Assembly (NCBI RefSeq): GCF_001457595.1
Contig: NZ_LN831039.1
Span: 6,780,001 to 6,812,000, forward strand
DNA length: 32,000 bases
Direction of reading: 5' to 3'
Source of the DNA: Mycolicibacterium smegmatis
GTDB lineage: Bacteria > Actinomycetota > Actinomycetes > Mycobacteriales > Mycobacteriaceae
Shown here in pieces: positions 25,650-32,000 of the stretch; positions within the stretch are counted from its first letter, which is position 1; each line of letters starts with the position of its first letter. The notes beneath the pieces are model-generated. The model did not search any database, was not told where the DNA came from, and saw only the letters and a list, made by a program, of their open reading frames with translations. The translations under genes and the position numbers were made by a program.

Positions 25650-26485
25650 CAGGTCCGGCCGATCAGGTGCAGGTAGGCGTCTTCGAGCGACGGCCGCGTC
25701 ACGGTGAGCTGCGCGAGTTCGGCCCCGACGCGGCTGCGTTGCCGGATCAGTTCGGTGGGGAACTCGGTGCGCTCCTCGTGGACGTGCCCGCCCTCCATCC
25801 ACCGGACCGTCGCCGCGGTGTCCACGTGGCGCGTCAGCCGGGTCGGCGAATCCACGGCCACCACATTGCCGTCCGCGATGACCGCGACGCGGTCGGCCAG
25901 GGCCGCGGCCTCTTCCAGATAGTGCGTGGTCAGCACGATCGTCGTGCCGTCGGCGGCCAACAGCCGGATCAGTTCCCAGAACTGTTGGCGCGCCTCGGGA
26001 TCGAAACCTGTCGTCGGTTCGTCGAGGAACACCAGTTCGGGCCTGCCGATGATGCCGAGCGCGACGTCGAGCCTGCGCCGCTGCCCACCCGAGAGCGTGC
26101 GTACGCGTGACCGGGACGCATGCCTGAGGCCGACCAGTTCGAGCACGTCGGCGGGCGCGCGGGCGGTGCCGTAGCACGCGGCGAACATCTGCACGGTCTC
26201 ACCCACCGTGAGCATCCCCGCATCGCTGACCTCCTGCAGCACGATGCCGATGCGGGCCCGCCACTGGCGCCCGGCACGTCCCGGGTCCTCTCCCAGCACC
26301 AGGACCTCCCCGGAGTCACGCCGCCGGTTGCCTTCGAGGATCTCGACCGTGGTGGTCTTCCCGGCCCCGTTGGGCCCGAGGATCGCGAAGATCTCGCCGT
26401 ATCCGACGTCCAGGTCGAGATCACGGACAGCCGGCCGTCGGTCGTAGCTCTTCGACAGCCCGCGCACCTCGACCGCCGCACTCAC
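25649..26485 (-). CDS. ABC exporter ATP-binding protein (DrrA-like)
   Basis: AILGPNGAGKTTTVEILEG (Walker A), LSGGQRRRLDVALGIIG (signature), LVFLDEPTTGFDPEARQ (Walker B). GTG start overlaps the PKS stop. Confidence 0.95.
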   Translation of the reverse strand: MSAAVEVRGLSKSYDRRPAVRDLDLDVGYGEIFAILGPNGAGKTTTVEILEGNRRRDSGEVLVLGEDPGRAGRQWRARIGIVLQEVSDAGMLTVGETVQMFAACYGTARAPADVLELVGLRHASRSRVRTLSGGQRRRLDVALGIIGRPELVFLDEPTTGFDPEARQQFWELIRLLAADGTTIVLTTHYLEEAAALADRVAVIADGNVVAVDSPTRLTRHVDTAATVRWMEGGHVHEERTEFPTELIRQRSRVGAELAQLTVTRPSLEDAYLHLIGRT

Positions 26486-29400
26486 GAGATCGCCCCTCCC
26501 GCTTCGGTTCCGGACGCTTCCAGCTCGGCAAGCAGCTGCCGCATCTCGGCCTCCGACAGGTCCTGCAGGAGCCGCTCGACGTCGTCGTCGGTGGTGGTGG
26601 GCTCACTCGCTGTTTCCCCGGTGTCGGGTTCGACCGGTGCCACGCCGTGGATGTCGCGCAGTTCGGCGAGGATCCGCGCGGACAGGGAGTTGACGCTGAC
26701 GCCGCGCAGGATCTCCAGTACCGGCAGGTCGATCGAGAAGGCCGAGTTGATCCGCACCCGGAAGTCCATGGCCATCATGGAATCCAGCCCGATGTCGTCG
26801 AGCATGTCGTCGGGTTCGATGTCGGTCACCGCGCAGTCGAACACCGCAGCGACGAGGCGACGTACCTGCTCGGCGATCACGGCCGGACGGTCGGCGTCGG
26901 CCGTGTGTGCGAGCAGTTCGAGGATCGACGGCCCGACCCCGTCCTGACCGCCGACCGTGTCCGCGGTTCCCAACTCGCCGAACATCTTCGGCACCAGCCC
27001 ACCGAAGCCGACCTGCCGCGCGCGGGACCAGTCGGCGTTCATCGCGACCACGGCAGGCACCGACTGGCTCAGCAGGCGGTCGATGATCCGCGCCCCGACC
27101 GCCGGCGTGATGAGCTCGATTCCGCGCTGCGCGTATACCTTTTCCAATCCGAGTTCCTCGACCATGCCCACCGACCACGGGCCCCACCCGATCGTGAGGG
27201 CCGGCAGTCCGAGGCCCTGCCGGTGATGGGCGAACGCGTCGAGAAACGCGTTGGCAGCCGCGTAATTGCCCTGCCCCGGTGCGGCGATCGTGGACCCGGC
27301 CGACCCGAACATGACGAAGAACTCCAGATCATGGTCCTCGAACACGTTGTGCAGCACACGGGTTCCGGTGATCTTGGGCGCGAGCACCTCGGCGAAGTCG
27401 TCCTCGCCCATGTTCACCAACAGCTGGTCTCTGACCGAGCCCGCGGCGTGGACGATGCCGCGGACGGGCCGCCCGCCGCTGCCGGTGTGCTCGCGCAACC
27501 AGGCACGCACCTGGTCGCCGTCGGTGATGTCGACACTTGCGGTGCTCACGTGAGCACCGAGGCGTTCGATCGCCCGGATGGCGTCCACCGTCGCGTGGTG
27601 GGCGTCATCTTCGGTGATCGAGGCCCAGCGGTCCCGTAGCGGGATCGGGCTGCGTCCGAGCAGGGTGATGTGGCGGGCACCGCGCTCAGCGAGGTAGGTG
27701 GCGACGACACGACCGAGGGCTCCCGCTCCGCCGGTGACGACGTACGTCGCGTCGGCGGTCAGCTTGGTGGGGAACGGCTTGGTCAGCCCACTGCACGGGC
27801 GTAGCCGCGGGGCAAGGATCTGGTTGCCCCGCAGTGCGATCTGGTCCTCGGCCCCATCGCCGAGGACGTGCCCGCAGATCTGTTCGGCGGTGCGCGATGG
27901 TGCGTCGGCGTGGTCGATGTCGATCAGACCGCCCCAGTACTCGCCGAGTTCCTGGTGTCCGATGACGCGTCCGAGTCCCCAGAACGCGGCCTGCTCCACG
28001 CCGGTCAGTTCGGTGCCGGTCAGTTCGGTGCCCGCGGCCGGTTGCGCGTTGGCCGTGACGAGGTACAGGCGCGGCGTGACGCCATCGAGCGTCGCGAGTG
28101 CCTTGACGATCCGCAGCACGGTCGCCGTCCCTGCCGGGTCCGTGGCCGCATCGGTGACCTCGAGTGGCCAGCAGTCGATCAGGCCGGTGCGCTCGCCGGA
28201 CAGGTGCGTGGCGAGCATGTCGGGCCAGTCGATCTCGCCGGTGGGATAGTGTGCCACGGTGTGGACGTGATGGCCACGCAGGCGCAGGCCGTCCGCGATC
28301 GCCTCGCCGACGCCGCCGTTGTCGGTCAGGATCAGCCATGTCGATTCGTCGCCGTGCGCCGTGTCCGGAGTGTCGGTGACCGGTGACCACTCGAGTGCGA
28401 ACAGGCCCTTGTCGATGTGATCGGCCGACATGCGCGACGACGCGCTGAGGGACTGCACGGTGAACCCGTCGAACACCGCGAGTACGCCGCCGGACGGATC
28501 GGTGATCGTGATGTCGCATTCGACGGCGTCGTGGGTGGCCGAGAGCACCCGCGCCCGCACCGTCATGTGTTCTGCGGGTGGGCCGTACACGGCGCAGTGC
28601 CGGATGCGGGTCGGCAGATACGGATCGGTGTTCTCTTCCTGCCCGGAAAACGGTGCCCCGAACAGGGTTTGGAACGCACCGTCGATGAGCGCCGGATGGA
28701 ACCGGTACGTGTCGACGTCTGCGCTGATGCTTTGGGGTATGTCGATCTGGGCGACAGCCCAGTCACGACCGGCCGTCACGCTCGCCACGGAACGGAAGGC
28801 CTCGCCATAGTCGAACCCCAGCGCTTGGGTGCGCTGGTAGAACGTGTCTCCGTCGGTCGACGTGACCGCACCGCCGCCGGTGTCCCCCGCGCGCGGCGCG
28901 CGGGGCAACGTGTTGAGTTCGGCCGTCGCGGTGATCACCCATTTCAGGTCGGAGTCGGACGTGGCGATCAACGCGGCGAATTCCACGGAGCCGTCGTCCT
29001 GGTCGACGGTGGTGCGGATGACCGGGTCGCAGGTGTCGTCGAGGATCACGGCGCGGTGCAGCACCAGGTTGTCCACGCTGAGGTCGGACCCGTAGGTCTC
29101 ACGTCCGGCGGCCAGCGCCATCTCGACGTACACCGCGCCTGGGACCACCACGCTCCCCTGCACCTGGTGGTCGGCGAGGAACGGCACGGTGAGCGTGCTG
29201 AATTCGGCTTCCCAGGTGGGGTGTACGGCCCGCACGGGCTGGCCGAGCAGGGGATGCACGGGCCGGTAGAACAGCGCTTCCTCGGCCTCGTGGGTGTCGT
29301 TCCAGAACCGCTTGGTCTGCCACGGGTAGCTGGGGAGTTTGACCGGGTGCGCGCCGCCGCGGGGCTGCACCATGTCCCACGCGACCACGTGTCCGCGGCT

Positions 29401-31956
29401 GTGCAGCGCGCCCACGCAGTTCAGCAGCGTGCGCGCATCGTCCTGGCCCCGCCGCTGCGACGCGTCGACCGAGACACGCTGTGTGCCCGCGCTTTCCAGG
29501 ATCGACGCGGCGAGAACCGGATGCGGTCCCAGCTCGACGAAGTGGGTGCATCCGTCGTCGAGCATGCGCCGCATCGCGGGTTCGAACAACACCGTGGCCC
29601 GGGTGTTCTGCCACCAGTACGCCGCACCGGCGTCATAGCGGTCCAGCAGTTCGCCGGTCACCGTCGAATACAGCGGCAGTGTCGCGGCTTTCGATGACAG
29701 CGACGCGAACGCGGTGTGCAGGTCGTCTTTGATGGTCTCCATGTAGTGCGTGTGGTACGGGACCTTGACCGCGAGGTACCGGTTGAAGATCTGCGCCTCG
29801 TCGAGGTGACGCGCGATGTCTTCGAGCACGTCGGCGTCGCCGGCCACGGTCACAGCCGAGGGACTGTTGATCGCGGCGACCGAGACGCGGCGCCCGAACT
29901 GGTCGAGAATCTTCTCGTCGAGGGTCTGCATGAGGGTTTCCGCGTCGAGTCCGACTGCGAGCATCCGGCCCTGTCCGGTCGTGCGCTGCTGCAGCCGGCT
30001 GCGGTGGTAGATGACGTGGACGGCCTGTTCGAAGGTGAGCAGTCCGGCGATGTGGTGCGCGGCGACCTCGCCGGCGCTGTGGCCGATCACCGCGTCCGGC
30101 GTGATCCCGAAGTGCGCGAGTTGTTCGGCCAGGGCCACCTGGATCGCGAAGTTCGCGGGCTGCGCGAACTCGGTTTCTCCCATGCGCGACGAGGTTTCGT
30201 CACGGGTGAGCTCTTCGAGCAGCGACCAGTCGGCGTACCGGGACAGCTCCCGGTCGGTTCGGTGGATGCTGTCGGTGAACACCGGGAACACGTCGAGCAG
30301 TCCGCGGCACATCTGCCACCATTGCGGCCCCATCCCGGTGCACACGAACGCCAACCGGGCCTCCCCTGCCCGTCCGGCGGAGATCTGCCCGCCGTCGGCG
30401 ACGGCCTGCAGTTGTCGGCGCGCCTCGTCGATGCTGTCGACGACGAAGGTATGGCGGTGGTTCAGGTGGGCCCGGCGGTGGCTGAGGGTGTAACCGAGAT
30501 CGGCCAGCGTGACCTCCGGGTGGGCCGCGAGGTGCCCGGCCAACCGACCTGCCGTGGCGACCAGGGCCTCTTCACTGCGCGCCGAGATCGGCAGTACGGT
30601 CAGCACTCTGTGGTCGCCGGTCTCCGCGGAGTGGCGGACGGCCGGCGGTTCGGCAAGTACCACATGGGCGTTGGTGCCGCCGAACCCGAACGAGTTGATC
30701 CCCGCGATGCGCCGGCCGCACTCGGGGAACGGCCGCCCGATCGCGGGGATGTCGAGCTTGAGCTCGGTGAGGGACACGTGCCGGGTGGGGTTTTTCAGGT
30801 GCAGGTTGGCCGGGATGTGGCCGTGTTTGACGATCAGGGCGGCCTTGATGAGTCCCGCGACGCCCGCTCCGGCCTCGAGATGACCGATGTTGGTCTTGAC
30901 CGAGCCGATCACCAGCGGACGCGTCGCATCCCGGTCGGTGGTCAAAGCGCCTGCCAGGGCCCGCATCTCGACGGGGTCGCCGACGGGTGTCCCGGTGCCG
31001 TGCGCCTCGACGTAGGCCACGTCGTTCGGTTCGATGCCCGCGCGCTGCAAAGCCATCCGGATCGCGGCTTCCTGCGCCTCTTCGTTCGGCACGGTGATGC
31101 CGTCGGTGTGCCCGTCCTGCGACACCGCGGTGCCGAGGATCTGCGCGTAGATGTCGTCACCGTCGCGTAGCGCGTGGTCGAGCGGTTTGATGACGACGAC
31201 GGCGCCGCCTTCACCGCGGGCGTAGCCGTCGGCCGTATCGGAGAATGCCTTGCTGCGTCCCTCGGGACTGAGGAACCCGCTCTTGGATTCCGCGATCGCG
31301 GTGTTGGGGCCGACCATGATGTTGACACCGCCTGCGAGCGCCACATCGCAGTCGCCGTCCCAGATGCTCTGGGCCGCGAGGTGCACTGCGACAAGCGAAC
31401 TCGAGCATGCGGTGTCGATCGCCATGCTGGGCCCGCGGAAATCGAAGGCGTGCGAGATCCGGTTCGCCAGCATCGTCATCATCATCCCAGTGGCCGAGTG
31501 CGGCTTGAACCGGTAACGGCTGGTGCGGCCCTGGTTCTGCAGAAGCTGGTAGTCCAGCGTGAAACCGCCGACGAACACGCCCACGTCGGTACCTGCGAGT
31601 TCGTCGGCCGGGATTCCGCCGTCCTCCAGCGCCTCCCACGTTGCCTGCAGCAGCAACCGCTGCTGCGGATCGAGCGAATGAGCTTCTCTGGGCGAGATTC
31701 CGAAGAACTGCGGGTCGAATTGGTCGATCTGGTCGAGGAATCCGCCGCGCCGGGTGACGATCTTGCCGATCTTGGCCGGGTTGGGGTCGTGATACTTGGC
31801 GGCGTTCCACCGGTTCTCCGGTACCTCACGCGTGGCGTCGATGTCGTTGCACAACAGATCCCAGTACCGCTGCGCGGAGTCTGCGCCCCCAGGGAACCGG
31901 CAGCCGATCCCGACTATTGCCAGCGGTTGGCGGCTCGTGTGATCTGTGTTCGGCAT
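26482..31956 (-). CDS. type I polyketide synthase, single module KS-AT-DH-KR-ACP (no ER, no TE)
   Basis: KS: DTACSSSLVAVHLA, EAHGTGTPVGDP, NIGHLEAGAG. AT: GMGPQWWQM, VIGHSAGEVAAHHIAG. DH: HQVQGSVVVP and HPALIDGAFQ. KR: VVTGGAGALGRVVATYLAERG and GNYAAANAFLDA. ACP: DDIGLDSMMAMDF. Start may be ATG 31956 or GTG 31980. Confidence 0.95.
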   Translation of the reverse strand: MPNTDHTSRQPLAIVGIGCRFPGGADSAQRYWDLLCNDIDATREVPENRWNAAKYHDPNPAKIGKIVTRRGGFLDQIDQFDPQFFGISPREAHSLDPQQRLLLQATWEALEDGGIPADELAGTDVGVFVGGFTLDYQLLQNQGRTSRYRFKPHSATGMMMTMLANRISHAFDFRGPSMAIDTACSSSLVAVHLAAQSIWDGDCDVALAGGVNIMVGPNTAIAESKSGFLSPEGRSKAFSDTADGYARGEGGAVVVIKPLDHALRDGDDIYAQILGTAVSQDGHTDGITVPNEEAQEAAIRMALQRAGIEPNDVAYVEAHGTGTPVGDPVEMRALAGALTTDRDATRPLVIGSVKTNIGHLEAGAGVAGLIKAALIVKHGHIPANLHLKNPTRHVSLTELKLDIPAIGRPFPECGRRIAGINSFGFGGTNAHVVLAEPPAVRHSAETGDHRVLTVLPISARSEEALVATAGRLAGHLAAHPEVTLADLGYTLSHRRAHLNHRHTFVVDSIDEARRQLQAVADGGQISAGRAGEARLAFVCTGMGPQWWQMCRGLLDVFPVFTDSIHRTDRELSRYADWSLLEELTRDETSSRMGETEFAQPANFAIQVALAEQLAHFGITPDAVIGHSAGEVAAHHIAGLLTFEQAVHVIYHRSRLQQRTTGQGRMLAVGLDAETLMQTLDEKILDQFGRRVSVAAINSPSAVTVAGDADVLEDIARHLDEAQIFNRYLAVKVPYHTHYMETIKDDLHTAFASLSSKAATLPLYSTVTGELLDRYDAGAAYWWQNTRATVLFEPAMRRMLDDGCTHFVELGPHPVLAASILESAGTQRVSVDASQRRGQDDARTLLNCVGALHSRGHVVAWDMVQPRGGAHPVKLPSYPWQTKRFWNDTHEAEEALFYRPVHPLLGQPVRAVHPTWEAEFSTLTVPFLADHQVQGSVVVPGAVYVEMALAAGRETYGSDLSVDNLVLHRAVILDDTCDPVIRTTVDQDDGSVEFAALIATSDSDLKWVITATAELNTLPRAPRAGDTGGGAVTSTDGDTFYQRTQALGFDYGEAFRSVASVTAGRDWAVAQIDIPQSISADVDTYRFHPALIDGAFQTLFGAPFSGQEENTDPYLPTRIRHCAVYGPPAEHMTVRARVLSATHDAVECDITITDPSGGVLAVFDGFTVQSLSASSRMSADHIDKGLFALEWSPVTDTPDTAHGDESTWLILTDNGGVGEAIADGLRLRGHHVHTVAHYPTGEIDWPDMLATHLSGERTGLIDCWPLEVTDAATDPAGTATVLRIVKALATLDGVTPRLYLVTANAQPAAGTELTGTELTGVEQAAFWGLGRVIGHQELGEYWGGLIDIDHADAPSRTAEQICGHVLGDGAEDQIALRGNQILAPRLRPCSGLTKPFPTKLTADATYVVTGGAGALGRVVATYLAERGARHITLLGRSPIPLRDRWASITEDDAHHATVDAIRAIERLGAHVSTASVDITDGDQVRAWLREHTGSGGRPVRGIVHAAGSVRDQLLVNMGEDDFAEVLAPKITGTRVLHNVFEDHDLEFFVMFGSAGSTIAAPGQGNYAAANAFLDAFAHHRQGLGLPALTIGWGPWSVGMVEELGLEKVYAQRGIELITPAVGARIIDRLLSQSVPAVVAMNADWSRARQVGFGGLVPKMFGELGTADTVGGQDGVGPSILELLAHTADADRPAVIAEQVRRLVAAVFDCAVTDIEPDDMLDDIGLDSMMAMDFRVRINSAFSIDLPVLEILRGVSVNSLSARILAELRDIHGVAPVEPDTGETASEPTTTDDDVERLLQDLSEAEMRQLLAELEASGTEAGGAIS
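28001..28030. repeat. perfect tandem duplication of a 15-bp unit inside the PKS gene
   Basis: CCGGTCAGTTCGGTG x2, encoding GTELTGTELTG on the minus strand. Confidence 0.85.
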
Positions 31957-32000
31957 CGGCACTCCCTCGTCGCGTGACACGGCTTGCGAGTAGTTCGTTG

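Noticed and set aside
24807-26177. 456-aa permease ORF starting at 26177
   Set aside because: The first 176 codons overlap the ABC ATPase gene out of frame. The genuine permease begins at MSIKHVSS (25649).
28417-31170. Long plus-strand ORFs (426 and 484 aa) inside the PKS gene
   Set aside because: Antisense shadows of PKS codons; the PKS frame has all catalytic motifs in order.
1-32000. CRISPR, prophage, transposase, toxin-antitoxin or tRNA signals
   Set aside because: I saw no regularly spaced direct repeats, integrase/transposase motifs, paired small TA-like genes or tRNA-like cloverleaf sequences. The region looks like ordinary chromosomal backbone with metabolic cassettes.

Overview
High-GC actinobacterial DNA, most consistent with a fast-growing Mycobacterium/Mycolicibacterium chromosome. 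The IclR regulator/glpFKD arrangement resembles M. smegmatis, but this is recalled knowledge and was not searched. The window is densely coding. In order it contains: the 3' end of a DUF732-like protein; a GntR/FCD regulator; a small hypothetical gene; an ACC deaminase (acdS); a GAF-ANTAR protein and a CGNR zinc-finger regulator; a VOC/flavin-reductase-like pair; a GntR/UTRA regulator; an aldo/keto reductase; an NADP-dependent quinone-type oxidoreductase; an ABC-F ATPase, zinc-ribbon and SCO6745-like cluster; a secreted GH6 cellulase; an SDR; a fused MaoC-type dehydratase; an NmrA-like protein; two glycerol kinases around an IclR regulator with glpF-glpK-glpD; an SRPBCC/ArsR/hydrolase group; a TetR regulator; and a translationally coupled type I PKS, ABC ATPase and ABC-2 permease operon. 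No phage, transposon, CRISPR array, tRNA or rRNA was recognised. The most interesting unexplained signals are intergenic: a perfect 34-bp palindrome plus adjacent hairpin before acdS; two identically spaced TTCTAATG-N18-CRTTAGAA operators between the CGNR and VOC genes; a 24-bp-arm inverted repeat between divergent genes near 11.5 kb; a 13-bp-arm palindrome at the ArsR start; and the PKS-exporter operon. Nothing here is proven to be a new system.
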